DNA of 64,000 nt from positions 65,846,001 through 65,910,000 of the forward strand of contig CM052817.1 of the NCBI GenBank assembly GCA_028534125.1. Direction: 5' to 3'. The notes under the pieces are model-generated. The model was not told the DNA's origin and did not search any database. It worked only from the letters and a program-made list of their open reading frames with translations. The position numbers and the translations under genes were made by a program. This document shows, in pieces, positions 1 through 14,900 of this stretch; position 1 is the first letter of the stretch, and every line of letters starts with the position of its first letter. This DNA comes from Lama glama. Taxonomy: Eukaryota.

Positions 1-2888
1 TCTTCTATGATAGTTCTTTCTTCAGCAGTGAGCAAATTGTTGGAACACATGCCTTTTGATAGCACAAGAGTTTATGCCTGTGACGTTCTGCAGTCTCACA
101 GCCCAGCTGAGAGGAGTGGACTTCAGAGGAAATGAACATCGATGCAGTAGCTAAGGCCTGTGCTCAGTTCTACCAACGGGTCTTGCTGTCACGTGGCCTT
201 GAGACAAATCAATGACGGAAAGCCTGTCTTTATTTTCTCTTTAAAATGAGAGCTGCAGTGTCAGCCTCCTTTAGCAGAAACAGATTCAAAGGGCAGAGGC
301 GGCTGGCTGCTCTATCAAGAAAGGGGCAAAGGGTGAGGGCTCAAGGAAACAAAATTATATGTTAAGGAGAGTAATTTTTCATACTATTAACTCAAAGCAG
401 GAAGCCTTAATTCAGCCAGAGGATTGAAAAGATACCTGACTGTGGCCTTAACCAACCTTTTGGTTCTTTACATGAATGGGAAAAAATAATAATAATCTCT
501 CTTTTGCAACTTAAGGTGCAAAGTTTTCCTGAGAAAACAGTTTCTATCATTTGGGACAACAGAACGGTTTGGAAGGAAAAGGACCAGCTTTGGACCCAGG
601 CATTCCTGAGTGTGAATCCAGAACTGCCAACTCCTCCTCGTGCACCAATGACCATGTGGTTCAGTTGTCGCAGGCCTCCCGTTCCTCTTTGTAAATGTCT
701 GTCAGCGAGACCCTGGCGAGGATTAGACAGGTTGCATGGAATGCAGCTGGCGTGAATCTGACATCATTATTGTGCAGTGTTGTTGTTGCCATTGTGATTG
801 GACCTGAAAACAAGGATGCGGAGTGAGAGTAAGCTGACGTGTGTGATTTTTTTCCACAGTGAGGAGGTTTTTCTGCTTCTACAGCCGGTTTCATCTAGCA
901 GGGAAGTTCTAACTCTTTGCTAGTGGATGTCTTGAGTACTGTGGGGAGAATTCTAAAGCTTCTCAGAAGGGAAAGAAGTATCATTGGGGAGGAACGGAGA
1001 TACAGTTCCAGCAGCAGCACAAATGTCAGGTATAGACTTCTCTGCTCTAGGCTAGGGAGGGGGTGCGGAAAGGAGACACAGGCATCGAGCCCCAGCTCTG
1101 TGCCCAGTGTTCCAGCTGTCACTGATGGGGACGAGCGGAGGGAAATGCCGTTCCCCTCTTTCACTGCAGAGGTTTGACTTGGCACAGAACTGGCCGTTTG
1201 CAGAGCCTTGGAAGCTAGCGCGATGTCAACTGGGAGGAAGAAAGCATGGGAGGGAAAGTTCAGGGGGAAGTCGGGGAAGGAACGATCTAGGTTGGATGTG
1301 TTTATTTTGACCAGTGCCTCCTGCCATCCCTAGCATTCGGTCAGCCATGAAGCTTTCGTTTTACAGGTTGAAGGCTTCTTGGTGCTGTTGTGAACTTCTG
1401 GAATAACCTTAGTGTTGGGACAAAAGTCAGCTGGCAATTAAGCCATCCAGAAGAATATGATCTACACCAGTTTTTCTCAAGAAACCCCAGAGGTCTGGAG
1501 TCAGGGGATTCAGGGCAGCCAGAGGCCACCTGGCCGGCACTAAGGTTCAGATGGTCTAGAAATATTGCTGTGTCAAGGAAGCCAGTTACAAGGTGGGCTC
1601 TTATAGGAAAAGGGTGGAAGGGGATATGATTTGGGAAGACTTGCCTAAAGTGATTGTGCTCATAAACACATGGAATTAGAGATTTTGTGCACTTTGAGTG
1701 CTTTTTTCTAGAGCAACAGGCAAAGTACAGGAAAATAACACCTAGAGTGGTCACAAATTTTTTCTACTGAGAATGTTGGAAAACAATAGCTTTGTCTCCC
1801 CACGTTAGAAATCTATCAGGCTAACCATCCATCTCTCATGGATAGAAATACAGTTTTGAAGATCTAAGCCATGTGGGCCATATTGAGAGTGTGGGCCGGC
1901 GGCGTGAGCCATATAGGTTGATGGTACAGTTGGTCACCTTGCTCGGAACGTGTCAGCCCAGCCCTTGGGTTCTCCCACGACAGGTTGCTAATGGAATCTT
2001 GGAATTGAAACTTCTTTTCTAAAGCCTCATTTCCTAGGTGTAGCCTTTTAGGCTATAATTATTTGCTAAAGATGACATTTTTCTTTTGCAATAAGTGGCC
2101 CAGAATGAGTATGTGAAACCACCTATTTGAATAAGTGCATCAATTTAGTATCTTGAAGTAAACAAGGTTAATGAATTGATGCATTCTGTGTAGTCCCCGA
2201 GCGTAATTAAATTTAAACATTACCCAGGAGGGAGTCATGTTGCTGACCGCCTTCCACAAGGACAGCCCCAGGGGAAACAGCAGCCTACAGACTAATTATT
2301 AAATCTTACCTCTTCATCAGGGAGAAACAATGGATTAACCATTTTAAATCACATTGAAAGCTCAGGGTTGCTTTGCATTTCTTTGTAAATATTCACCCAG
2401 GGCTCGGATTTCGCCGTGCTCTTTAGAGTTACAGTTGGTTTGTCCATAAAACAACACAGAGGAAACCTGTTGCCTATGTCCCTGTGTTTCTCCAGGCAAC
2501 ATCACTGTGCCTGGATACTTTTTTTTTTTTAATTAATAAACAGTATTTTTTTTTCTTATCTTGGGCTCCTAAGTTGGTTGTGAAATTTCCATTCCCTTTC
2601 CAGTCTCTCAGTCTTGGGAGTCCCCAGTGAATGTCTGATCCACGTGTCATAAATATAGCATTTTAAAGCTATCAGACAGATTCCACCATTTTTCTACTCT
2701 TTCTCTCTGCTTTTAGATTCCTATCTGCGTGTCTGCTGCCAAGGTTATTAAAATCATGGAGACCCCATAAAGACGACTCACCATTGCTGGCGCTGGCCTG
2801 GGCGCCGTCTGCGGCTGTGGCCGTCAGAGCCGTGCTGCGCCAACAGTGCTGGGAGCTGAAGCCCTCGTGCTCATTCATCTTCCAAGAT

Positions 2889-3060
2889 GAGGGTTCTCGG
2901 ATTTCGCAAATAAGATTACAGATAAGCAATAATAAAATAAATGTTCCATGTAAGGATGTCATAAATATTTCATGCATATACTTACACTGAAAAAACAATT
3001 TGTTATTTACCTGAAATTCAAATGGAACTAAATGTTCTATAATTTTATCTGGCTGCCCTA
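2889..3060. mobile_element. MER53-like hAT MITE (internally deleted)
   Basis: Ends agggttctcggatttcgcaaata ... ttttatctggctgcccta, internal ctgaaattcaaat; resembles recalled MER53 consensus. Confidence 0.65.
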
Positions 3061-3084
3061 TCTAAGACACATCAAGTGTGTGTT

Positions 3085-3265
3085 TCAGCCTCACCACAAT
3101 ATCATAAAGTAGTTATTATTCTTGATGTGGTTGTTGTTATTGTCCCGACTTTATCAAAGAGGAAACGGAAGTTTAGCAAGGTTTGCTAACTGGTATAGCA
3201 TCACCCCAGCAGCAAGCACCGAGGGGATCTGGTTTCAGTCTCATGCCCTTAAATACTGTCTCTGA
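3085..3265 (-). mobile_element. MIR SINE fragment
   Basis: MIR core-like segment attgtcccgactttatcaaagaggaaacggaag. Confidence 0.5.
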
Positions 3266-6200
3266 CGTGCAACCCTGTTCTGTCCCGCTGCGCATATCAT
3301 GGCTCTGCTGGTAGAGTTCCATCCACGTTGTCAAAGGGAGGAATAATAAAAATACAGCACACAGATGAGTGGAATTTTGAGTTGAGTGCCAGACCTTGGT
3401 ATGTCCGCCCAAAAGTAATCTGTATTTGCTGTAGATCACACACCTAGGTAGAGTGGGCTTTGGTTCCAGGGAACCAGCTTACCTGAGTGTCAAAAATCTG
3501 ATAAGACCTTATTTGCTTTCAATATCCACCCACTCTGGAACCTCTCTCCCTTACCCCTTTGATCAACGTGCCACAAGTTGTACAGCCCAACTTCAGGCCC
3601 TCCATGCACCGTCTCAGCTGACAGAGGAATGGCCTCACCAGTAAAGTGCCTCACCTGCTATCTTTACCTGCCTCCTGGCCGCCTGCTCTCTTTGCCCACT
3701 TGTAACGCTACCCAGAGATGGCTCTGCTGCTAATGACAGAATTTCCTACCCTTTCTTTGACAATAATTAATAGACAGATGCACCCAGCATCTGTCATGAC
3801 CAGCTATTGGTTGTTGTCTTTTTGAATGAACCAACAGAAACAATGCTTCGCACTAAAGAGGTGATTAAAATAATTTCACTATTTTGAAGTCATTCATTAG
3901 AGAGAGTGGTTTATATGCCTCTCAATAAACAGGGACTACTTCTTTTCATCTGGTTGCATTCTGAGACACCTGCACATGTGATAGACCCAGTATGGAACCT
4001 CTTCTAAGAAGAAATCTAAGAAGGCTGGAGCAGAGAAGTCTCTTATCTGTATCTCTACTTTATTTGACATAGTTTTTATTATACTGAATCCCTTTTAGTC
4101 AATCTGTTTTGAAAACTAGTGGTGTGCTGACCTGTGTTACTATAAAACAAATCTACTTGGCAACTATAGGCTGAAAGAAGCTTTCAGTGCCTTGAGTGCT
4201 TCAAAATATAATCTGCGCATAGTTAAAATTAAATGGGGTCTTGGGGTCTGGAAAGACTCTTCCTCTGGCAAGGATTTCCCATTTTGTGGATAGCAGTTCC
4301 CTTAGACAGATCATCTGCCTAAATAGAGCATGACCTGGGATGTAAATTTCCTTTCCAACAAAGAACATTATGTTCCCGGATAGCAGGGGCTTATCGTATT
4401 TTGGTCCAAAACAAATTAGAACAGGGTTGCAAATTAGTTTCTGGTCACTTCCAGGACCGTTGTGTTGAAGAGATTATTCAGGTTACTACATTTGGGCTCT
4501 GGAAGCAGTTTTACGACAGATCAGCCACGTTTCTCATGGTTGCATGTTTAGAAAGAAGGACACACATGCCTTGTATTTAGCATGCCTGTATTAGAAACAT
4601 AAACTGACCACACGAGACTGGAAATTAACTTCAGATTCCTGGGATGAGAGAGAGAGAGAGAAGTATTTGTAGCTAGCAAAGGCAGCTTCAAACTAATTGA
4701 CCAGGACACTGAAGTACTGCTGTGTCTCCCTAATACCTTACCACCTTTATCCGGAAGGACTTGCTAAGCACTGAATTGAGCATGTGCTTGCTCAGAGGAA
4801 AGAACCACAGCGACCTCCTCTTCAAACTGCATATGATCTTAGCTCAGGGAAACATGATGATAGGATATTAAAGCACGTGAAGGACTTAATGCTTTTTTCC
4901 CCACTGTGTCGTATTCTACCAAAGAGCCCCATTGTTAAATTGCTTAAACCACCATCCCAAATTTACAAAGTTCTTAGTGGAATACTCTTTTAATCTTACT
5001 TACACTCTATTCCTAACTAGGAATCAGACATTTTTCCAGGGGTTAGCCCACGACATAGTCAACTGACAGCCAAAAAAATCAAAGTCAGATCACCACCGAT
5101 AGCAAGGTGACATGTTCTTTCCAATTAGAAAAAACAAAACCCACTCGAATTCCTGCCCGGGATTTTTTTCCCTCAGGATGAATTTTCCTGAGAAGCAACT
5201 CTGTCCTCATGCAAACAGGCTTCTCAGATAAGGCCAGACAGGTGTTAATTCCATTTAGACCCACACTGGGATCCCCTGGCAGAATTTCCATTATCAGCTG
5301 TGTGAGGCTTAGAATGTATAGTCAGCTGGTTATCTGTGACTCCCTCAGGCAGCCAGAAAACAACAGTATGATTATACTAGCCAGGTAACTTCTAAGCAAT
5401 TTCTTGAATATCCTTGAAGATTCCTAGAAAAGGACCTGGTTAATTTCCCGTTCGTATGACTCCATGGATAAGACAACTCCAGCACTTCTGCAGTGCTGTG
5501 TATGATGAAGAAAATATTGTCTGCCCTTGAGTGACCCTCTGGGATGTAACAGCACCAGCACCTCGGGGAGCAACCGCACCTGATAATAGGTATACTGTTC
5601 TTCCCTTTAATGTTGCCTAGGGCAGGCCCAGTATTACCAGTTGATTTGGGCATGTCTTGTATGGTGGCGCTGGCCTGGAGGAACAAGAAAAGTACCAGGG
5701 AGGCTAGAGGCAGCTCAGGTTAAGTCATGAGTTCTGTGAGTCCTCTGGGCAGATTAATGTCTTGTGAGTAGACCCCAAGCCGGATCATCAACCCTAGATT
5801 TTGAGCAGTCATATTTCTCTACTTCAGAAAGCAAAGGGAGTTATAAAATTAGGTCCACATATTTGAAAAGCCGAGTATTTCCACATTTCTATTCCCCCTG
5901 TTCTTACAACAGAGACCTTGGGAGTGACAAAAGAAGTCAGAATTAAAAGTACTATTCGCAAGGTTATGCTTTGTTGAGAGCTGCTGGGGCACAATGCAAA
6001 ACTGCCCAGGACAGAAAGCCTGGCCCAGCGTCCACTCTGCCACCTACAACCTCTCTGAGCTTCAGGGTCTTCAGCTGTAAGACATTAAAACAGAGCCTGC
6101 TGTACATACTTCAAGAGATCTGAAAAATAACTTTTGTATGTCAGTGTTTTGTACATTGTAGTTTTATAAAATATATGAAGGAGTATAACGGCTGCAATCT

Positions 6201-6291
6201 AAATTCATATGGTATGCTAAAATTTTAAAATAATGTTTATTTTATTTCAAACTTAGAAAGTCACTTTTAAATAGTGCAAACTGTCTTCAAG

Positions 6292-6510
6292 TTTTTAAAT
6301 TGAATTACAGTCAGCTATAATGTTGTATTAATTTCTGGTGTAGAGCATAGTGGCTCAGTTATACACATACAGATTCCTTTTCATATTCTTTTTCATTGTA
6401 GGCCATTACAAGGTATTGACTATAGTCCCCTGAGCTATACAGTAGGACCTTGCTGTTAATCTATTTTATATATAGTAGTTAGTATCTACAAATCCCAAAC
6501 TCCCAAATTT
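6292..6510 (-). mobile_element. Truncated artiodactyl-type L1 3' end
   Basis: T-rich tail followed by tataatgttgtattaatttctggtgtagagcatagt ... gctatacagtaggaccttgctg ... ctattttatatatagtagt. Confidence 0.85.
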
Positions 6511-7329
6511 TAATCATCAGGTGACACTGCAGAGAGAGACATTGTCTCTGACCCCAACAGCAAAGAAAACAGCTGGCCTTCCGTTTCTTAGGCTGACCCA
6601 ATTATCAAAACACGTGCAAGATATCAGGTCATACCCATGTGAGAGCCATTAAATTCAAAACCTAGAAAACCAAAAAATAAAACATAAAACAAAGGAAAAT
6701 ATGTTCAATTCATAGAGTGAGAGAAGAAGTTTTTCCTAAATCATGGGCTATAATGAAAGCAAACACTGAAATAGGAGAAAAGCTCTAAAAAGAACAATCA
6801 CATTTCAACAAAGCAAGAAGAATCAACTAATAGTCTCTCTCTGCAATACGCACTATTTCATGTTATATATTTGGTTGGTAATAATATGGTTTAAGAAATG
6901 ACACAATACAAATGATTCCAATTCCAATCCTGAATGTCTTTCCCAAGATTATACAAGCCATATCAGGACCCAAAACCTCCTTTTTATTTGTTTTAGGCCG
7001 TTGCTAGTTACCTATATAATGAAACAAGTTGTTTGCTAACAAAATTTACATTTGACCTTAAATTATTCATACAGAGAAGGTAAGACTGAAAATGAAAGCA
7101 GGGAGGGATTTGAAGTTGAGAAGCTTTCATTTTCTTTTCAAAGTAATGGAAGGCCACCAGTGGGGTGTGATTTGCAGTATGTTTCAGGAAGGTTGAATTC
7201 TAAATTGTGTGTAAAAAAGGCTAAAGGAAAATAAATTGGAGATAGTTAATTATTGCAAAATAACATATTGGTGGGACAGAAAGCCAATAAACAAAGAGAA
7301 AGACTATTACAATGATCCAAGGGCTAATT

Positions 7330-8520
7330 TATTCACTTGTCAAGTATTTTGAGTTCTTGAATATGCCAGTTAAGAGCTAGGTACATAATTCTGAGCAAAA
7401 AAGATAGCAGAGTGATGGTCAAATATTCATATACCATTCAGTGTATAGTAACAGAGCAAGATCTCTATAAATGTTAGGGAAACTGTTTTTAGAAAGTCAC
7501 AAATAAAGCAAACTGACAAGAGTTAGGGATCAGACAAGGCATCTCTGATGAAGTGACATTCAAGCAAAAATAAAAGTAGTTGAAGGAATTAAACAGGTAA
7601 AATGTCAGGGAGTGGGTACAGGGAAATAGGGAAAAATTTTTTTCAAGTAGTGCAAGCATCATGTGCAAAGACCCTGTGGCAAGAGCAAGTGATTGAAATA
7701 AAAAGGTATGACTGGGTTTAGAGAATAAGAGAGAGAACAGAAAACAAATAGATAATGCACATGAAATATGTCGGGTGGTGATTAAGTATTTAGAAGAAAA
7801 ATAAAGAATAAGAGGAACAGACAGCAGCCAGGCAATAAGGTAACATTTGAGCAGAGGCCTAATGGAACAAAGGCACGTGGATCGCTGTGCACAGAGCTTT
7901 CTAAGCAGAGGAATTAGCCAGTTGCCTGAAGTGAGATCCTGCTTGGTGTATTTTAGGACAAAAAGAAAAGACACAACTTTAGCTGCCATGAAGCGAGAAA
8001 GGGGAGAACACTGGAAATGAGTCAGAGAAATAGTAGGGGACATAGACTACCACTCTGGGTGAAGCTAAAAATTATTGGGTGATATTTTGCTGAAGAACTT
8101 CATAATCTGGCTTACATTTTTAAGGGGTCATTCTGGCTGTTGTGTGAGGAACCTGCTGTGAGGACAGAAGTGGATACAGTCATTGGCTTAGATAGAGGGA
8201 GAGGTCAGGGATGACCCCTAAGCATCTGACCCATGAGCCTGGGGGTCCGGGGTACCATTCCTGCAGATGGACGGTACTGGAGGAGGACCAAGCTTTCTGA
8301 ACAGATAGCAGGGGAATCACTGAAGGAGAAGAGAGCATGAAACGAATCTTGAACATTGGACATCCCAGTAGAAATGACATCAAAGTGGAGATGCACCTGT
8401 GAGAGTCATCAGTGAGCAGAGGGTAACTGAAATTGTGTGTGTAGAATAGATTGCCTAAGGAGAGAGAATACACTGAGAAGACAGAGGGCTTAAGATCAGT
8501 CCCGAACAATACTGACATTT
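7330..8520 (-). mobile_element. L2 LINE fragments
   Basis: L2-like motifs: gaagtgacattcaagc, tgcaaagaccctgtggc, cattctggctgttgtgtgagga, gagagtcatcagtgagcagagggtaactgaa. Confidence 0.65.
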
Positions 8521-9349
8521 AATGGTGGAAGAGAGGCGAATAAGAATCATGGTAACAAAAATAATAATGCATAAACATAGGAGGAGAAGGAGGGAAAACC
8601 AGAGCTGTGCAGCACTTATCGAGTGTCTATTATATTTCAGTGCAGATCTTCATGCCTCTCATGTATTAATTAATCCTGACAACAGCTCTTTCAGTGTTCT
8701 TTCACTAGCCTTATTTCGATCATTTCAATAACTTGACTACAGTATAAGTTTCTGTAGCCAGCTTTCTATCAATTTTCCTCAGTCTTTTGAGATTCAAGTT
8801 GTTCTTTATTTCAGGCAATGTTTGCATTATTCATATCTTTAGACATTCTTTGCTGTAATTCCATATGTGCTAAGCTCTTGCTCTCTGTATCTCATCCCTA
8901 TTTGTCATCCACATTTGTTTCTTCTTCCAAAATTATTGCTATATCTTTGGAGATTTTTCTCTTTCATTTTGTACAATTAATTTCTTTAAGGCTACCCACA
9001 GATTCTCCCACTCACTAATGCTTTTATACTGATTGCTTAAATATGACTTTCATCTCTGTGATTTTTTTCCCTCTTCCATTTCCTTCTTGAAATTCTTCCT
9101 CCTTGAAGAGCATTCTCTTCTCTTGGCTTTCATGCTATCTCTCACTGTTATTTATTTTTCCTTCCTGCCTCATTGTTCCTGCTCAGAGTTCTTTTCTAGC
9201 TCTTTTTCTTCTCCCTGAGCTTGAAACCTCACCCATTTCAGTCTTCTGGTTTCTTATTTTCTCTCGCTATTGTCCTTTCCTTCAGTTCCACACATTTAAA
9301 GAACATGTATACTCCTTTAGAGTATGTCCAAACACACTGAATTTGTTTG

Positions 9350-9600
9350 TCCAAACCTAAATTTCCAGCCCAGTCCTCTCCACAGAGTCTCAGACTCAGC
9401 CTTTTAACAAATCCATTTCTATGCCCACTAGCCCTGCAAACTTAGAAAGTTTCAAACACAGCTCTAGATTTTCTCTCTGAAATCTGCTTTTCTTCCCACC
9501 TTTCTTCGTCCTGTAAATGGTACCACTCTCCACCCAGCTGCTCACATAACAAATTTTGTATTTACTATAGGTGCCCATTCCCAAATCCAATCCACCATTT
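9350..9600 (+). mobile_element. L2 fragment
   Basis: ccagcccagtcctctccacagagtctcagact ... gtaaatggtaccactctccacccagctgctca. Confidence 0.55.
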
Positions 9601-12600
9601 GGACGGCTTGGATTTGTCTCTCATGATCATGAGAAAAATCACCCTGAACGTCCACTGCTACAGATCTCATTTTCTAGCCAAATACTTTGCCCTTTGAAAA
9701 GGTAACACTAGTTTGCTTGGGGAAGGAAAAATCATTTAATTAGTAGATAAAAATGTTTTTAACCCTAGGAGGATTGAGAATTAAGGTTAGAAATGATGAA
9801 GTAAATTAAATCCACAGTATTAATATGTTTGCATTAAACTAAGAAATAATCTTTGTACATTTTTTATTTCATATACTTGTCAAGCTTAAGAGAATTTGGT
9901 ATATTAGAATTGTGAGTACAATTTAAAATATCTTATTACTAATTTACACTTGTGATTTTAAGATGAAAAATATAAAAATATTTTATCACATAATTATGAT
10001 ACACTGTTCTTTATGAGTCTACATTATCAGTTTTAATAAAGAGCTTAAGTATGTCATAACTTTTGGTAAGTCATAGAAATGAAATAGTTAAAAGAATTAA
10101 ATATCTTAAATGTAGAAATTAAATTTAAAATATTAAAGCCCCTTAAAATTTATCAGATTTTGAAGAGAAAAATGAGATTTTAACTTAAAAAACGATTTTC
10201 AATCCTATTAATTTAAAGAGAGGAAAAGCCACCAAAAATAAATAAATAAAAACCCTAGCTAATCACATGTGCCTGCCACAAAGTAATTTTTCAACAAGTG
10301 TCTACTGAATGAAAGAATGAGACCAGATCAATTCTAAATGCATAATCCCCTGGAAATCAAAGCACACATATGACAATTTATTTAATGAAGATAGGAACAC
10401 ATTTTTGGGGAGTAAGTGTCAAGGGTCTGACACATTTGATTAACTTTAACAGCAACTATATACTCAATTACTTCCTGATATTGCTGGAGCCAAGACATCC
10501 ACCAGTGCCTACCCACCTTCCCATGTGTTTGCTAGACTTCCCTGCTCTCAGAAGGCAAATGGAACTTCACACTAGTCATATACCTACTCTAAGAAAGCTA
10601 TTCAATCATCTAGATACCTCAGTCCATGAGTCAACACTGAGATCTCATTTCTGTAACTGCACCAAAGAAAGGAACTGTGGCCTGGATAATAAATTACAGA
10701 CTCCAGAAACCTTTCTAAAAAGGCTAATTTCCATTTTAGCAGCCAATTCAGATTACCATATTGTTGAGTTGATCAATTGCCAGAAAAATTTAACTTTTAA
10801 GCTTGGTGTAGTTTCAAAGTAGATCATGCTAACACTATTCAGAAAATCTTGCAGAAGCAACCTTTGACTTTTCTCCAGGTCAATTTAAAAATAAACATGC
10901 TATCTCTAAGATTGCAAACCTAAACCTGAAATGCTCTGTAGTCAGATGATCATCTTGTGCCATTTTACAGCAATCTCCCCTAGAACCTAGCCATTGGATC
11001 CAAGTCTCTAGTACCAATTTTACACGTTGGAAATGTTTGTAGGGTAAAAATACCAAAATCTTTTCCAAGCCAGACCTGACTCTTTTTCTTCAGTAATCTG
11101 TGTTTCAATGTGTAAACTTTGTAGATGCATCTGTTTTGAGTTACATCAATACACCAAAAACTTATTTTAGAGCAGGGGAATTTATGCATTCCATATTCTC
11201 ACAGCTTGAAAATGGCCAAATTTATTCTCTTGAATAAATGCTTTGAGGATAAAATCAAAAGAACAACTCCAAAGCAATATTTTGAGAGTTTTTTCCAGCA
11301 CCAGAGAAAAAGAAGGCACATAAAAATAGAAACATGTATGTAACACATATATCCAGGTATCTGCCATTTATGCTGAGAAAGGGGCTGTGCTACAGTAATT
11401 CCAAGTGATGTGGCCAATCAAAATGTTTATTTGTTTTTGGTTGAAATACATTCCCATGCAAATATGTCTATTTAAATATGAGTGTGTTTAATATTATTGT
11501 ATTCAATTCAAAGCAGATAAGGGAGTCAGGAGCGTACTGGTTGGAACCATTTAGCAGAAAGAATTTCATGGAGCATTTGTATGACTACTGGGAGGTTCTC
11601 ACCATGAACATGGCATGGACATTGAGATTGCCCCTTCCCGCAGCTGCTGGCAGGAAGGAGAAATGGATCTCTATGTCAGCATTCTCTTTTACCTCCTTTC
11701 GTAGGAAAGTGTGTGTCTGGGTAGACACCCATCATCCATACTCCATTTCTCACCCTACCCCAGAGGACTGCAGCAGAAAAAGAATTCTAATCAAGATTTG
11801 AGAACTTGGACAAGCAGGTAGTGAGAGAGATAGAACCCTTAGAAAGGGAAGCAGGAATGTCTGACCAAGTCCTTGGTGTAAAGCTACTATGTGTTTCAGG
11901 GACAAGAAATCCCTCACATTTTCTCAGCCCCAATCCATTGATCCCAACCATGTATTAGTTCCCACTCCTGCTTCATAACACTTGGTGCTTTCTCTTGGCC
12001 ATGTAAATATACTCTTTACCCACAGAGCACAAAGTCAACTCTGCCTACCCCTTCCCCTGTCTCTATAGATATGTCCCACTTACATCATTGATATTACATT
12101 GGGAAGATCAACTGGAGAATCTGGAAAGCTCTTCCATTTCCTGATTTTGTTCTTTTAGAAGGTAATCTAATTCAAGCTAATAATTAACTTACTGAGAGCT
12201 ACTAAGATTTTGTATCTTTAATTTAAAAAACAGTCCTAAAAAGGGGAAGTAGTTTCAAAGATCTTTTCTTGCATAACAAGTAAACAAAATCTTAAAATGT
12301 CAATGAGGAAGAAAAAATACAGGCAGCATCAATAAATCACACTTATCATCAAGCACCTGGGCAGAGATGGTAAGGGCAATACACTTGAAAGCAAGATTTG
12401 CCAAGTGTTGGCTGAAACATAGATAATCTCTTTGAGAATAATTAAGGAAACATTCTGTAGATGGCCATGTACTTTCTGGATTATAAGCATGAAGTGTTCA
12501 CATGAACAGCTCCTTCTATTCTGTCTCCTTTCCTGCTAAAATTTTGTACTTTCTGGGCTCCTGGCCCCATCTATATACATTTTATCTTTCACATATCCTT

Positions 12601-14726
12601 CACTAACCTCTTTCCAAAATGTATACTCATTTTCTATGTGTGCCACTTTTGAAATTTTTACTTTTCTTCTTTCTTTTTACTTCTTTCCCTTTACAGAGCC
12701 AAATATTAACCCAACCCTGGTTGATAAACATGGGGCATGGACCTCAATTAAGAAAAAAAAATGCAATAATTTTCCCACAGATTGGAAGACAATGAAGAAT
12801 TGCCACTTTCAAAGTACAAATTCCTGTACTTTGAAGTTAGAAATTCCTTAACAAATTCCTACAAAGCATTGCATTACTGTTATTGTTTTTTAATTATTTT
12901 TCAAGAATCTATTTTTAATAATAAAATAAATTAATTTAAGTATTATTTTAAATTTGTTTAATTCCTAGTGTGGTAATTGTACTTTGGGTATTATGTTTCA
13001 TTATAGATGTGTAATTTTCCAGTCATATTATGAATAAAAATAGGTTTTGAGTATTGAGTTGTTTATAATATTACACATATAAAAAAGAATATTATAAACA
13101 ACTAATGTCAAATTTCAAACACAGTATTTTTTAAACTGAGTTGTGCCTAAGCAGATATTTGCAGAACATATAACCATCTGTATGTCAGAATTTCTTAGTA
13201 TAATCCATTCTTGCTAAGTTTTCCCTTTTATTATGCCAGCTGTAAAATTTTAAAAAATGTTATGAACTCAGCAATTACCATCATATAGAAAATAAAGCTG
13301 TGAGTGAGGGGTCCAATCAATCTAACATATATGTTCCAACTTCCTTGCACATACAGAGATCGACTAGGATACAGAACAGCCAACTTCCCTGATTTCAGTA
13401 CCTGAAAAGAAGCCACTGCAAGCTTCATTAGCAGAAAAAGCAGTCTTTTTCATTTCCCTGAGTTTAAAAACGTCTCACAGAAACTTCGGCAGATTCTGAA
13501 ATGAAAACCCACAATTATTTATCTCTGAAACTAATTTTTATGTGCATGAAAATATGTTCCAGAAGTACTGCCAATGACTTTTCATTGACTGAGCAGAACT
13601 TGCTCCTTTAAATCCCTAGGGATTAAGTGTCCATATATAGCCCCACAGCAACTAGGCTTGCCTGCACAGTGTGACGGTTTTATAGAGTTTAGGAGCAGTA
13701 TGAAGTAGACCCAGTGCTCTTTCATTTTAAACCTTTTCAGAATATAGTTTTTATGGCTCACCAGTCAAAAATTAAGATAAATTATGTATTTGGACATTTG
13801 ACATATTTTTCTTGTGGCCTTACAGCCAACTGATTTTTCTCAAATTATCTATGCCCCAGTGATTTCATTCTTAATTAATCTTTGTTTTATGAGGAAGAGT
13901 TTAGATTTAATTTCCAGATAAATAATTCCAAAATCATTTTCTCCAACTGTAAGTCTCTAAACTCTCTCTTCCAAACTTGTTTATTCTTTAGAAGTTGTTT
14001 ACTTAAAAAAAATTGTATCTTCAGAATGGAATAAATTTTTATCCAGTAGTTAGTATGACTCATCAATTGAACAAATATTAACTGAATACCTATTCTTTGC
14101 CAGATATCTCACCCAGATAAAGAAATTAACTTGTTACTGAGCCATTAGATTTGATAATATTGAAAACCTGATTCGTTTAGCCAATATTAATCAAGTTCCT
14201 CAATCAAAGTACTCTTGACAGTAGCCACAATATATGTGAATGTATGGAAAAATGAGAAAGAAAGGCAAGTATTTCGGAGCATACTGGGTGTACATTGGGG
14301 AGCAGTAAGATGCGAAGACTGATGGTCCAGCAATCTGGACCTGCTAAGCAATGCTAGCCTTAGTCTCAGCATAAATACTGAAAATTGATTGATAGTTTTT
14401 TGGTTTTTTTGTATATGTTATTTGCAGCTGATGAATAGGCAGGCCCAGAACCAGTGCACCTATGAATCAGGGGTTGAGAGTAGGTCTACACATGACATTG
14501 AAAAAAAAAATTGGAAAGACTAAGGAGAGTTTCTCACCCAAGACTGATTCTTCACTCATTAGTAATATCAAAATCAGCATCAAAGCTCCACAAGGCATTT
14601 TGGTAGACCCAAAAGCTTGAAGCAATTTCTAGGAACACACGGGTTTATGTCCTACTTTGTGCAATCATCTCATTCAGTTTTTTTAATTCTTTGTCCATTG
14701 AGGAAATACTACTTTTTTTAACTTTT

Positions 14727-14900
14727 TTTTTATTGAGTTATAGTCATTTTACAATGTTGTGTCAAATTCCAGTGTAGAACACAACTTTTCAGTTATACAT
14801 GAACATACATATATTCATTGTCACATTTTTTTTTCGCTGTGAGCTACCATAAGATCTTGTATATATTTCCCTGCGCTATACAGTATAATCTTGTTTATCT
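14727..14900 (-). mobile_element. Young 5'-truncated L1 3' end (camelid-type)
   Basis: Clean T tail then attgagttatagtcattttacaatgttgtgtcaaattccagtgtag ... gctatacagtataatcttgtttatcta; flanked by taactttt at 14719-14726 and 14909-14916. Confidence 0.85.

Noticed and set aside
7489..8043. Longest ORF in the track (184 aa, minus strand)
   Set aside because: Lies in L2 remnants, has an F/L/S-rich composition from the T-rich strand, and shows no recognisable protein similarity.
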